Shown in pieces: positions 17,504-26,674 of a stretch of 46,804 bases of DNA. Each line of letters begins with the position of its first letter. Position 1 is the first letter of the stretch. A model generated the notes under the pieces. The model made no database searches and was not told the origin of the DNA. It worked only from the letters and a program-made list of their open reading frames with translations. This DNA is from an uncultured Desulfovibrionaceae bacterium (GTDB lineage: Bacteria; Desulfobacterota; Desulfovibrionia; Desulfovibrionales; Desulfovibrionaceae): positions 1 through 46,804 of the forward strand of contig CAYJHJ010000007.1 in NCBI GenBank assembly GCA_964370095.1. The letters are read 5' to 3'. A program made the translations under genes and the position numbers.

Positions 17504-19132
17504 TTAATTTCTGTGCAGCCTTGCTTCATCTTTATAAAGTTTATAAGTGATAGAATCTGCCAAAGCCTGCCAGCTTGCTTCAATAATATCATAAGAAACA
17601 CCAACAGTAACCCAAGAAGAATCTTTATCACTGCTTTCTATAAGAACACGCACAACTGATTCTGTGCCTGAATGGCTGCCATCAACATTTTCTTCTTCTT
17701 TTTTTGCTGTAAGAACACGCACTTTAAAGTCCATAAGCTGAATATCAGCCACATTTGGATAAAAAGGTGCAAGGGCTTTTTTTAAAGCTCTGTCAAGTGC
17801 ATTCACAGGCCCAAGCCCTGTTGAAGCCGTGTGTTCAACAGCTCCTTCAACTTCCACCATCACGCTTGCTTCTGCCAAAGGAGGTTTTGCTGTGTCAGAC
17901 TTCTGCTCTAACACATTAAACTGAATAAGCCTAAAGAAATCACGCACACCACCTTGTGCAAGCTTTCTTAGTAATAAAAGTTCAACACTGGCTTCTGCCG
18001 TGGCATAATCATAGCCAAGAGCTGATTTTTTCTTAAGTTCATTGAAAAGCCCACGTACAACAGGTTCGTCTTTATCAAGTGTGAAGCCGAATTTTTTGGC
18101 TAAGGAAATGATGTTTGAGCGGCCTGCCATTTCTGTCATTAAAATTCTTTGCGTATTTCCCACAAGTTCAGGGTCAATATGCTCGTATAAAGAAGAATTT
18201 CTTGCAACAGCCGAAACGTGAATACCGCCTTTATGCGCAAAGGCTGATTTTCCAACAAATGGCTGACGAATAAAGGGCGTCATGTTAGCAATTTCGCTAA
18301 AGTAAGATGAAACAGCGGTAAGGTGCTTCAAGTTTTCTTCAGGTATACAGCTATATTTATCTGCATTTTTTAATTGAAGTATAGGCATTACGGAACAAAG
18401 ATTTGTGTTGCCACAACGCTCGCCAACCCCGTTTAAAGAACCTTGCACTTGTGTTGCCCCTGCTTGTACAGCCGAAATTGCGTTTGCAACCGCCATTTCC
18501 ATGTCATTGTGCGGGTGAATACCAATTTCTGCTTTAGGAAAACGCTTTTGAACCTCTTGTGTTATCTGGCTGATTTCACTTGGCATTGTTCCGCCGTTCG
18601 TATCGCAAAGCACCAAAAATTTTGCCCCTGCCTTATAGGCAGCTTCCAAAGCTAAAAGTGCATATTCCGGATTTGATTTATAGCCATCAAAAAAGTGTTC
18701 GGCATCAAAGAAAACTTCATCTCTGTGGCTTCTCAAGTAGTGAACTGAATTTTTTATGATTTCTAAATTCTTGTCTAAATCAATCCTCAAAGCCTCTTTA
18801 ACATGCTTATCATGAGTTTTACCAAAAATTGTAATTACTTCAGCATTAGAGTTTATAAGAGCGTTTAAATTATCATCTTTTTCAGCAGTTGTAGACACAT
18901 GATGAGTGCTGCCAAAGGCTGCAATTTTTGCATTTTTAAGCTCATAATTTTGAATTTCTTCGAAAAAAGCAGTGTCAACAGGATTTGCACCCGGCCAACC
19001 CCCTTCGATATAGTGCACACCAAGCTCATCAAGCTTGAGTGCTATTTTGATTTTATCGGTAGTGGAGAGATTTACATCTTCACTTTGTGCGCCATCTCTT
19101 AACGTTGTGTCATATATATATATTTGTTTCAT
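17504..19132 (-). CDS. cimA: (R)-citramalate synthase (LeuA-family, long form)
   Basis: 542 aa with ..YDTTLRDGAQSE.., ..IGIHPHNDMEMAVAN.., and a C-terminal LeuA-dimer/regulatory domain. The size and N-terminus fit the CimA type found next to lysC in Desulfovibrio-type genomes. Confidence 0.85.
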   Translation of the reverse strand: MKQIYIYDTTLRDGAQSEDVNLSTTDKIKIALKLDELGVHYIEGGWPGANPVDTAFFEEIQNYELKNAKIAAFGSTHHVSTTAEKDDNLNALINSNAEVITIFGKTHDKHVKEALRIDLDKNLEIIKNSVHYLRSHRDEVFFDAEHFFDGYKSNPEYALLALEAAYKAGAKFLVLCDTNGGTMPSEISQITQEVQKRFPKAEIGIHPHNDMEMAVANAISAVQAGATQVQGSLNGVGERCGNTNLCSVMPILQLKNADKYSCIPEENLKHLTAVSSYFSEIANMTPFIRQPFVGKSAFAHKGGIHVSAVARNSSLYEHIDPELVGNTQRILMTEMAGRSNIISLAKKFGFTLDKDEPVVRGLFNELKKKSALGYDYATAEASVELLLLRKLAQGGVRDFFRLIQFNVLEQKSDTAKPPLAEASVMVEVEGAVEHTASTGLGPVNALDRALKKALAPFYPNVADIQLMDFKVRVLTAKKEEENVDGSHSGTESVVRVLIESSDKDSSWVTVGVSYDIIEASWQALADSITYKLYKDEARLHRN

Positions 19133-19148
19133 AATAATTTACAAAGCC

Positions 19149-19268
19149 TTACTTATCAAGCTCAAACACGTCAATTACTGTAAAGATTTTAGCTTTCAGC
19201 ATAAAATCCTCACTTGCAAGAAGCGTGGTTCTTGCTTCGTTCGCTAAAGATTTATTCACTTTGTTCAT
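19149..19268 (-). CDS. Candidate 39-aa small ORF (MNKVNKSLANEARTTLLASEDFMLKAKIFTVIDVFELDK) resembling the LysC C-terminus
   Basis: A strong SD, AGGAG (complement of 19276-19280), sits 7 nt before the ATG (complement of 19266-19268). The C-terminus ..DVFELDK is identical to the last 7 residues of LysC. The ORF stops 16 nt before the SD-less cimA start. Confidence 0.4.
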   Translation of the reverse strand: MNKVNKSLANEARTTLLASEDFMLKAKIFTVIDVFELDK

Positions 19269-19278
19269 GATATTTCTC

Positions 19279-20493
19279 CTATTTATCCAACTCAAACACG
19301 TCATGGAGTGTGCGAACTGCAAGTTCTGTATATTTCTCGTCAATCACCATAGAAGTTTTGATTTCTGAAGTAGAAATCATTATGATGTTGATATTTTCTT
19401 TGTGTAAAGCAGTAAATGCCCTTGCCGCAACACCTGAATGACTACGCATGCCAACACCAATAATAGAAACTTTTGCGATATTGGTATTACTTAAAACTTC
19501 ACCGGCATTGATTGAGGCAGAAAGCTCTTCCATAATGGCTATCGCTTTTTTCAAATCTTTTCTTGAGCAAGTAAAAGTCATATCAGTTATACCATCTTGG
19601 CTTGCTTTTTGAATAATCATATCAACAACAATACCATTTGCATCAAGAGGAGAGAAAATTGCGGCTGAAATGCCGGGTTTATCCGGGATATTTGTAATAG
19701 TTACGCTTGCTTGGTCTTTGTCAAAGGCAATGCCTGAGACTAGAACGGCTTCCATCATGCTGTCCTCCTGAACAACCATTGTTCCCGGTTCGTTTGAAAA
19801 AGTTGAAAGAACCTGAACAGGTACATTATATTTTTTTGCAAATTCCACTGAACGAATTTGAAGTACTTTTGCTCCCATTGATGACATTTCAAGCATTTCA
19901 TCATAGGATATTCTATTGATTTTTTTTGCACTTTGGCAAATGCGAGGATCGGTTGTATACACGCCGTCAACATCTGTAAAAATATCACAGCGTTCAGCAT
20001 TTAATGCGGCAGCCAAAGCAACACCGCTTGTGTCTGAGCCGCCACGCCCTAAAGTTGTCAGCCTTCCGTCAACCGTAACCCCTTGAAAACCTGGCACAAC
20101 AAGAGCATCGTATTTTTTTAAAAGCTTCATAATTTTTTCATCATCTATAGACAAAATACGGGCTTTACCAAAATCTTCATCTGTAAGTATAGGAATTTGA
20201 TGGGCAAGTAATGAGCGAACTTTAAGCCCTGCATCCTGCATAAGCATGGCAAATAAAGATACTGTTTCTTGCTCACCTGTTGCAAGCAAAGTGTCAACCT
20301 CAGCTAAATTTGGCTCATCAGACCATTGATATGCCATTTCAATAAGTTTATTTGTTTGCCCACTTTTAGCTGAAAGAACAACAATAACTTTATAGCCTAA
20401 AGCTATGGCATTCATTACTTTTGTGCGAACTTTTTTCATGCAGTTTAAATCTGCAACCGAAGTTCCGCCGAATTTTTGCACACAAATACGCAT
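19279..20493 (-). CDS. lysC: Aspartate kinase
   Basis: 404 aa with KFGGTSV, an amino-acid kinase domain and two C-terminal ACT domains. Confidence 0.93.
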   Translation of the reverse strand: MRICVQKFGGTSVADLNCMKKVRTKVMNAIALGYKVIVVLSAKSGQTNKLIEMAYQWSDEPNLAEVDTLLATGEQETVSLFAMLMQDAGLKVRSLLAHQIPILTDEDFGKARILSIDDEKIMKLLKKYDALVVPGFQGVTVDGRLTTLGRGGSDTSGVALAAALNAERCDIFTDVDGVYTTDPRICQSAKKINRISYDEMLEMSSMGAKVLQIRSVEFAKKYNVPVQVLSTFSNEPGTMVVQEDSMMEAVLVSGIAFDKDQASVTITNIPDKPGISAAIFSPLDANGIVVDMIIQKASQDGITDMTFTCSRKDLKKAIAIMEELSASINAGEVLSNTNIAKVSIIGVGMRSHSGVAARAFTALHKENINIIMISTSEIKTSMVIDEKYTELAVRTLHDVFELDK

Positions 20494-20534
20494 ATAAATC
20501 CTTATTTTTCAAGTGCCTAATTATACAGAAAAAG

Positions 20535-21050
20535 CTATGCTTGAAAATTTAAATTAATTTCTTGAAAAAGTTTGTCAATCTTTTCAAAACTTCCTTTTAT
20601 CGTCAAAGAATGATTATTATGCCCTACTTCTAAGAAAATGTCCAGCCTTTCAAAAGGCAGAGACTTTAAATCCAGATATTCAGCCCATTCTATAATACTA
20701 TAAACATTCCCCGCTTCTAAAGCTTCATCAAGTTCTTCCGGCAGTTCAATAAAAGTATCTTCTGCCTGCATTTCCTTAAGTCTATACATATCTGCATGAA
20801 AAATCTTTGGAGATGTAGGATATTGATTAATCAGAGTAAAAGTAGGGCTTGAAACTTCTGCCTTTTCACAATCTTTAAATCCTGAAACAAAACCCCTTGT
20901 AAATGTGGTTTTGCCGGCACCTAAAGTGCCGTATAAAAGTATAAGCTTTATATTTGAAAAATCTTTGTGCATTTGAAGCACTTTAGCTATACTTTTGCCA
21001 ATTTCTAAAGTTTTTTCTTCATTTTGAAGGTCTAAAGTAAGTGTTTTCAT
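20535..21050 (-). CDS. tsaE: tRNA t6A37 biosynthesis ATPase TsaE (YjeE)
   Basis: Walker A GTLGAGKTTFTRG and the ..SPTFTLINQY..HADMYRL.. signature. Confidence 0.85.
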   Translation of the reverse strand: MKTLTLDLQNEEKTLEIGKSIAKVLQMHKDFSNIKLILLYGTLGAGKTTFTRGFVSGFKDCEKAEVSSPTFTLINQYPTSPKIFHADMYRLKEMQAEDTFIELPEELDEALEAGNVYSIIEWAEYLDLKSLPFERLDIFLEVGHNNHSLTIKGSFEKIDKLFQEINLNFQA

Positions 21051-21071
21051 TATATTATCGTATTCAAAGAT

Positions 21072-21461
21072 TTATGAGTTTATTTCAAGAATAACATAGG
21101 CAATGGCATTTGTTTTTTCATGGCTTATACTTACGTGTGCATGCGTTATTCCTTTATTTTCAACAAAAGCCTTTGATTTATCAAAAAATAGCAGCTCAGG
21201 CCTGCCAAGGTGATTTGTTGTTACAGCAATATTTTTAAAAGTAATGCCATTTCTAAAACCTGTGCCTAAAGCTTTTACGCAAGCTTCTTTAGCAGCAAAA
21301 CGTGCCGAAATCCATGCAAGGGCTTTAGGTGAATCAAGGCTAGGCATAACTTCAAGCTCTTTATGATGCAAAACCTTATAGCAAAACGCCATGCCAAAAC
21401 GAGAAATTGCTTGCTCAATCCGCGGGATTTCAACTATATCAATACCTATTCCGAAAATCAT
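21072..21461 (-). CDS. acpS: Holo-[acyl-carrier-protein] synthase
   Basis: 129 aa with MIFGIGIDIVEIPRI.. and ..AAKEACVKALG.. motifs. Confidence 0.9.
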   Translation of the reverse strand: MIFGIGIDIVEIPRIEQAISRFGMAFCYKVLHHKELEVMPSLDSPKALAWISARFAAKEACVKALGTGFRNGITFKNIAVTTNHLGRPELLFFDKSKAFVENKGITHAHVSISHEKTNAIAYVILEINS

Positions 21462-21481
21462 ATTTATTACCTTACATTCAC

Positions 21482-21510
21482 TTGAAAAATTAAGTTTATT
21501 ATGTTAAAAG
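21482..21510 (+). promoter_or_regulatory. Candidate sigma-70 promoter (TTGAAA-N17-TAAAAG) for mutL
   Basis: It lies in the 56-bp acpS/mutL divergent spacer. The -10 ends 7 nt before the mutL ATG (21518), which has no SD. Confidence 0.3.
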
Positions 21511-21517
21511 TTTTCTT

Positions 21518-23458
21518 ATGAATAATAAGAAAAGCTATATACAACTTTTACCTATTGAACTTAGCAACCAAATTGCTGCAGGCGAAGTGGTTGAAAGGCC
21601 AAGTTCTGTTTTAAAAGAACTTATTGAAAACAGCCTTGATGCCAATTCCACTTCAATTTCTGCCATGATAGAAGATGGCGGGCAAAGCTGCATACAAGTA
21701 AGCGACAATGGCAAAGGAATTGTGAAAGACGAGCTTGCCCTTGCCGTTACAAGGCATGCAACAAGCAAAATCAAAAATATCAGCGACTTAAGCTCCATTT
21801 CTTCTTTTGGCTTTCGTGGTGAAGCTTTGCCAAGCATTGCTTCAGTTTCACGCTTTTTTCTAAGTTCTTGTCCCTCTTCAAGTTTTTTTGATTATGAAAT
21901 GAAGAAACAAGAAAGTCAAGAAAAGATAATTGTGCCGCAAGCCTATACCTTAGAAGTTGAATTTGGCAAACACAAGCCAATTTATCCTTCCTCTTTGCAG
22001 GTTGGCACCCAAATTATAGTTAAAGATTTATTCACAAATGTTCCTGCAAGACTGAAATTTTTAAAAACACCCGCAACCGAGCTTAAAAGATCCCAAGAAA
22101 TTTTTACTCGCATTGCCCTTGCCCATACGGACAAAGCCTTTGAATTTTTTGCAGGCTCGCGCGAAGTTTTTTGCTTTTTAAAAGAAGAAGATTTAAGGCA
22201 AAGGCTTTCAAAAGTGTGGGCACCGCAAATCACGCAAGAAATGATTGATGTTGACGATAAAATGTATGAAGACATCCATATACAAGGGCTTATTTCAAAC
22301 CCACGCTCTTTATATTCAAAGGCGGACAAACTCTATCTATACGTGAATAATCGCCCTGTTACAGATAAAATGCTCACAAAAGCTATACGCCAAGCTTATA
22401 AAGATTCACTAACAACTAAAGACTATCCTCAAGTTGTTTTAAATATTATGATAAACCCTGAAGAAGTTGATGTGAATGTGCACCCAGCCAAAAGCGAAGT
22501 GCGTTTTAGAGATGAACAAAGAACCTTTAAAGCTGTCTATAAAATTTTAGAACAAAATTTGGCAAAAAAACTCTTTTTCAATCCCGAAAGAATATCTATG
22601 GCAAGCCAAGAATATTCTAATCCTTTGCCCATTTCAAAAAATCCACATGAAGAACACCCTTCTTTATTTGAAGCTAAACCTCAAGGTTTTTGGGGAAATG
22701 TTGACAGAAAAACAAATATAGACAATAAATATTTTATGGATTCTGTTACGCACTATTCAAACTCCGCCAAAGAAACATCCGTAAATGTGCACTCTTTGAG
22801 CAATTCTGAACATATGTTTTCAGATAAAGCACCAAGCTCTCAACCCGTATTTTCAGAAAATGCCCCTGCTGCTTTTTCAGAAAACATAAAAAGCGAATCT
22901 CAAAATAAAGAAGTTATTTTGCCTAAATACCTGTGCCAAATTGCTTCTTCGTATTTACTTTTTCAAACTCATTCAAAAGAAGTTTTTGTTTTAGATCAGC
23001 ATGCAGTTCACGAAAGAGTTTTGTTTGAAAAATTAGAAAAAAACGAAAATTTTTCTGTGCAAAAACTCTTGATTCCATTAGAAATTCCTTTGCATACCGA
23101 AGAAATTCAAGCCTATGAAAAAATTTATAAAGAAATAAAAAAATTAGGTTTTGAATGTGAAATTACAGATGAAAATGTGCTTATTATCAATGCTCAGGCT
23201 ATTCAGTTCAAATATGAAGCTACAAAAACATTTTTTTATGAAATTCTCAAAAATGAGGAAGTTAATATCAAACAGAAATTCATGGATGCAGCTTGTGATG
23301 CAGCTTTAAAAGCACACCAAAACATAACCGAACAAGAAGCCCTTGAACTTTACAGGCAGTGGGCTTTGTGTGAAGAACCTGATTTTTGTCCACATGGAAG
23401 ACCCTGTTATAGTATAATTGATGAAAAATATTTGGCAAAAATGTTTAAAAGAACCTAG
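21518..23458 (+). CDS. mutL: DNA mismatch repair protein MutL
   Basis: GHKL ATPase motifs (NQIAAGEVVERP, DNGKGI, GFRGEAL), a low-complexity linker, and a C-terminal dimerisation/endonuclease domain (..DQHAVHERV..). Confidence 0.93.
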   Translation: MNNKKSYIQLLPIELSNQIAAGEVVERPSSVLKELIENSLDANSTSISAMIEDGGQSCIQVSDNGKGIVKDELALAVTRHATSKIKNISDLSSISSFGFRGEALPSIASVSRFFLSSCPSSSFFDYEMKKQESQEKIIVPQAYTLEVEFGKHKPIYPSSLQVGTQIIVKDLFTNVPARLKFLKTPATELKRSQEIFTRIALAHTDKAFEFFAGSREVFCFLKEEDLRQRLSKVWAPQITQEMIDVDDKMYEDIHIQGLISNPRSLYSKADKLYLYVNNRPVTDKMLTKAIRQAYKDSLTTKDYPQVVLNIMINPEEVDVNVHPAKSEVRFRDEQRTFKAVYKILEQNLAKKLFFNPERISMASQEYSNPLPISKNPHEEHPSLFEAKPQGFWGNVDRKTNIDNKYFMDSVTHYSNSAKETSVNVHSLSNSEHMFSDKAPSSQPVFSENAPAAFSENIKSESQNKEVILPKYLCQIASSYLLFQTHSKEVFVLDQHAVHERVLFEKLEKNENFSVQKLLIPLEIPLHTEEIQAYEKIYKEIKKLGFECEITDENVLIINAQAIQFKYEATKTFFYEILKNEEVNIKQKFMDAACDAALKAHQNITEQEALELYRQWALCEEPDFCPHGRPCYSIIDEKYLAKMFKRT

Positions 23459-23468
23459 AGGAGAGGAA

Positions 23469-24527
23469 GTGAAGCTTAAAGAATTCAAGCCCAATTACTT
23501 AAAAAGCATGCCTATAGCTTTTTTTACTCCCAATAAATTTCCTTATGTTTATTGGCCGGAAGGCTTTACCTTTCAGCATATTGTGCTTTTGATAGCTTAC
23601 CTAAGCTTTGTTGCCTTGCTTATTTATTGGGTTATTAGGCTTTTGAATAAATTTGAATCACTTCGCCCCCCTCTATATAATAAAAAATTTATTTTTAATT
23701 TCTTTACTAAAGCTTACAACGAAAAAATTTTTTTTGAAGGTTATATTCCTGTACCAGGAAGATTGGCTTTTTGGGATATACGTGCTGTGCTTGTTGCTAT
23801 TGATGAAAAAACTAAAGTTTTAACTTTAAAAACAAATATTGTAAGAAATGGGCAACCCGGCTTTGGTGAAGTGAAATACGTTGATGCTTTGATAAAGCGT
23901 GAATTTCGTGGCCGCATAGAAGTCAATGGATCTTTATATGAATTTCGATCTACTGTTTTGGAACTGGATGAAAAAAAACATCAGCTTTACTTAAAAATTC
24001 ATATACCAAAATTTATTGTGGAAACAACAAAAAGATTTCAAAGCCGCCTTCTTATTGATGATAAGCTTGATTTGGCGGGTGTTTTATGGCTTGATGTTGC
24101 TTCAAACCAACTACCTTATACTATTGACGATATTATGAGCATGAATAATAAGTTCATTGCCTATAAAAAAAATAAAATAAAGCAATTTACATTAGTTGAC
24201 TTATCGCCACGAGGAATGAAATTACGCTTCAATGAACAAGAATTAAAATTAAAAAAAATTAACTTAGAGAAAAATGCTACTTGTCTTTTCTCTTTGTCTT
24301 TTGTACAATTAGCTTCAAGAAAGGTTACGCGCCTTTGGCTTTTGCTTGAATGCAGGCATATTCAAAAAGATAATACCGATATTTTGGCAGGCTTTTTCAT
24401 TCAAAAATATGCTAAGCATCCAACAGCTGCTTTTGATTGGATTTTGAATGAAAGTGAATATGGCATTGATGAAATTCAAGATTGGATTATTGAAATTCGC
24501 AAAAGCCAAGAAGAGTCTATGCAATAA
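23469..24527 (+). CDS. Membrane-anchored hypothetical protein with YcgR-N-like and PilZ-like (c-di-GMP binding) regions
   Basis: I prefer GTG 23469 (AGGAG at 23459-23463, 5-nt spacer) over the ATG at 23418, which overlaps mutL. There is one TM helix (HIVLLIAYLSFVALLIYWVIRLL). An RxxxR motif (RFQSR, 24033-24047) and a DxSxxG motif (DLSPRG, 24198-24215) are present. Confidence 0.6.
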   Translation: MKLKEFKPNYLKSMPIAFFTPNKFPYVYWPEGFTFQHIVLLIAYLSFVALLIYWVIRLLNKFESLRPPLYNKKFIFNFFTKAYNEKIFFEGYIPVPGRLAFWDIRAVLVAIDEKTKVLTLKTNIVRNGQPGFGEVKYVDALIKREFRGRIEVNGSLYEFRSTVLELDEKKHQLYLKIHIPKFIVETTKRFQSRLLIDDKLDLAGVLWLDVASNQLPYTIDDIMSMNNKFIAYKKNKIKQFTLVDLSPRGMKLRFNEQELKLKKINLEKNATCLFSLSFVQLASRKVTRLWLLLECRHIQKDNTDILAGFFIQKYAKHPTAAFDWILNESEYGIDEIQDWIIEIRKSQEESMQ

Positions 24528-24564
24528 AAAATATTTAATATTAATACGGCAAAGGACATCTTAT

Positions 24565-24593
24565 TTGACAAGATTAAAATATTCTCATACATT
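24565..24593 (+). promoter_or_regulatory. Candidate sigma-70 promoter (TTGACA-N17-TACATT) for corC-aspC
   Basis: A perfect -35 at 24565-24570 and TACATT at 24588-24593, about 65 nt upstream of the GTG start. Confidence 0.45.
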
Positions 24594-24657
24594 AAAAGTA
24601 TCACTTTCATAAAAAAGAGAATATCTTTTTATAACAATTTAACAAGGAGTTTATTTC

Positions 24658-25479
24658 GTGGACAGTGAAGAGCAGAGTGGGCGACTTTGGACAAAATTAT
24701 CATCATTTTTTTCACAAAAAGAAGAAAATATTGAAAAAGTAATTATTGACGCCCAAGAAGACGGTGAATTAAAAGAAACAGAAGGCACTATGCTGCTTTC
24801 AGTGCTTGAATTTGATTCTATGCAAGTTTATGATATCATGACACCACGCACAGATATTGCATGCTTACCTCTTGGTTCTACTATCAGTGAAGTTACACAA
24901 AGCATCATTGAAACAGGGCATTCACGCTTACCTATTTTTGAAGGCACAAAAGATAATATTGTAGGCATTGCCTATGCAAAAGATCTCTTGCCCTACCTTA
25001 CACACAGCACAAAACACGAAGAAAAAATAGACTCTATTATGAGGGACGCTTATTTTGTTCCCGAAACAAAAGTTTGCAGTGAACTTTTGCAGGAATTTCG
25101 CTCTCGTAAAATACACCTTGCCATAGTTGTTGATGAATATGGCGGAACTTCAGGCCTTGTAAGTATTGAAGACTTACTTGAAGTTATTGTTGGTGAAATC
25201 GAAGATGAATATGATGCTCCAAAAGATGAAGAAATCGTGCAACTTGAAGAAAACCTTTATAGACTACACGGAAGGGCTTTTTTAGAAGACTTAGAAGAAA
25301 TTGGCCTTGTTATTGAATCAGAAGAAGTCGATACCATTGGTGGATATCTTTGCCTATTATCAGGCAGAGTGCCAAGTGCTGATGAAAACTTTGAAGTAAG
25401 CAACTGGGAGCTTACGGTTGAAGACGCTGATGCAAAACAGGTTAAATCAATAAAAGCAATTAAAAAGGAAACAGAATGA
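24658..25479 (+). CDS. corC: CorC/HlyC-family protein (CBS pair plus CorC_HlyC transporter-associated domain)
   Basis: GTG start with AAGGAG 9 nt upstream. The product has a CBS pair (..VYDIMTPRTDI.., ..IMRDAYFVPETK..), ..LAIVVDEYGGTSGLVSIEDLLEVIVGEIEDEYD.., and the C-terminal domain. Confidence 0.88.
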   Translation: MDSEEQSGRLWTKLSSFFSQKEENIEKVIIDAQEDGELKETEGTMLLSVLEFDSMQVYDIMTPRTDIACLPLGSTISEVTQSIIETGHSRLPIFEGTKDNIVGIAYAKDLLPYLTHSTKHEEKIDSIMRDAYFVPETKVCSELLQEFRSRKIHLAIVVDEYGGTSGLVSIEDLLEVIVGEIEDEYDAPKDEEIVQLEENLYRLHGRAFLEDLEEIGLVIESEEVDTIGGYLCLLSGRVPSADENFEVSNWELTVEDADAKQVKSIKAIKKETE

Positions 25480-26645
25480 AATTTGCAAAAAGACTTGATA
25501 GCATAAAACCCTCTGCAACTCTGGCAATAAGTGCAAAAGCTCAAGAACTTAAAGCAGAAGGTGTTCCCGTTATTTCCTTAGCCTTAGGAGAACCTGATTT
25601 TAACACACCAAAACATATCTGTGAGGCTGCAAAAAAAGCCATTGATAATGGAAAAACAAGATATACAGCCGTAAATGGTATTATTGAAGCACGAAAAGCA
25701 GTCTGTACTTATTTTAAGCGTGAATACAATGCTGTTATTGAACCAAAAAATGTAATTATTACAAATGGTGGCAAGCAATCATTATATAATCTTTTTATGC
25801 TTTTATGCGCTGAGGGTGATGAAGTAATAATTCCAAGCCCTTATTGGACAAGCTATCCTGAAATGGTTGAGCTTTCAGGGGCAAAAGCTGTTATAGCCGA
25901 AACATCAGTTGAAAGTTCTTTCAAATTAAAAATTGAAGATTTAGAAAAAGCCTATTCAAAAAACACAAAAGCACTTTTACTTAATTCGCCTTCAAATCCA
26001 ACCGGTGCACGCTATAGCCAAGATGAGCTTGAAAAACTTGCTTTATGGGCTATTGAAAAAGATCTTTTTGTTATTTCTGATGAAATTTACGATCAGCTTA
26101 TATATGGTGATGCACAAAAAGCATCACTTGTTTCTTTATTTTTGAAATACCCTGAAAAAATAGCTATTTGCAATGGTATGGCAAAGGCTTTTGCAATGAC
26201 GGGCTGGCGCTTAGGCTATACTGTGGCCCACCCTGATGTCATCAAACACGCAACCACAGTGCAAAGCCAAGCCACTTCAAATGTTTGCACCATCGCACAA
26301 TACGCACTTGTTGAAGCTTTAGAAAGCGATTATGCATGCATACATGAAATGCGTAAAGCTTTTGAACGCCGCCTAGAACTTGCTTATAATGAAATTTCTT
26401 CTTGGGAAGGGGTTTTATGCCCAAAACCGGAAGGTGCTTTCTATCTTTTCCCTGACTTTAAAGAAGTTTTAGAAAAGAAAAATATGACCGGCGATGAACT
26501 TTGCACCCTTATTTTAGAAAAAGCCAATGTCGCGCTTGTTCCGGGTTCTGCTTTTGGAAAGCCCACCTGCCTTCGTTTTTCTTATGCCTTAGCTGATGAA
26601 GAACTTCTTAAAGCTTTAAAGGCTGTGCGTGAGGTTTTATATTAG
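25476..26645 (+). CDS. Pyridoxal-phosphate-dependent (aspartate) aminotransferase, class I
   Basis: 389 aa with ..NSPSNPTG.. and the PLP-Lys context ..GMAKAFAMTGWRLGY... There is a 4-nt ATGA overlap with corC. Confidence 0.88.
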   Translation: MKFAKRLDSIKPSATLAISAKAQELKAEGVPVISLALGEPDFNTPKHICEAAKKAIDNGKTRYTAVNGIIEARKAVCTYFKREYNAVIEPKNVIITNGGKQSLYNLFMLLCAEGDEVIIPSPYWTSYPEMVELSGAKAVIAETSVESSFKLKIEDLEKAYSKNTKALLLNSPSNPTGARYSQDELEKLALWAIEKDLFVISDEIYDQLIYGDAQKASLVSLFLKYPEKIAICNGMAKAFAMTGWRLGYTVAHPDVIKHATTVQSQATSNVCTIAQYALVEALESDYACIHEMRKAFERRLELAYNEISSWEGVLCPKPEGAFYLFPDFKEVLEKKNMTGDELCTLILEKANVALVPGSAFGKPTCLRFSYALADEELLKALKAVREVLY

Positions 26646-26674
26646 GAAGTTTTTTATAAAATGCTAAGGAGTTT

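Noticed and set aside
24579-24632. An 8-bp inverted repeat ATATTCTC...GAGAATAT followed by CTTTTTAT in the corC leader. I considered it as a possible attenuator.
   Set aside because: The 5' arm lies upstream of the predicted -10 and TSS, so it would not be in the transcript. The loop is about 30 nt and the stem is AT-rich. No riboswitch-like conserved core is recognisable.
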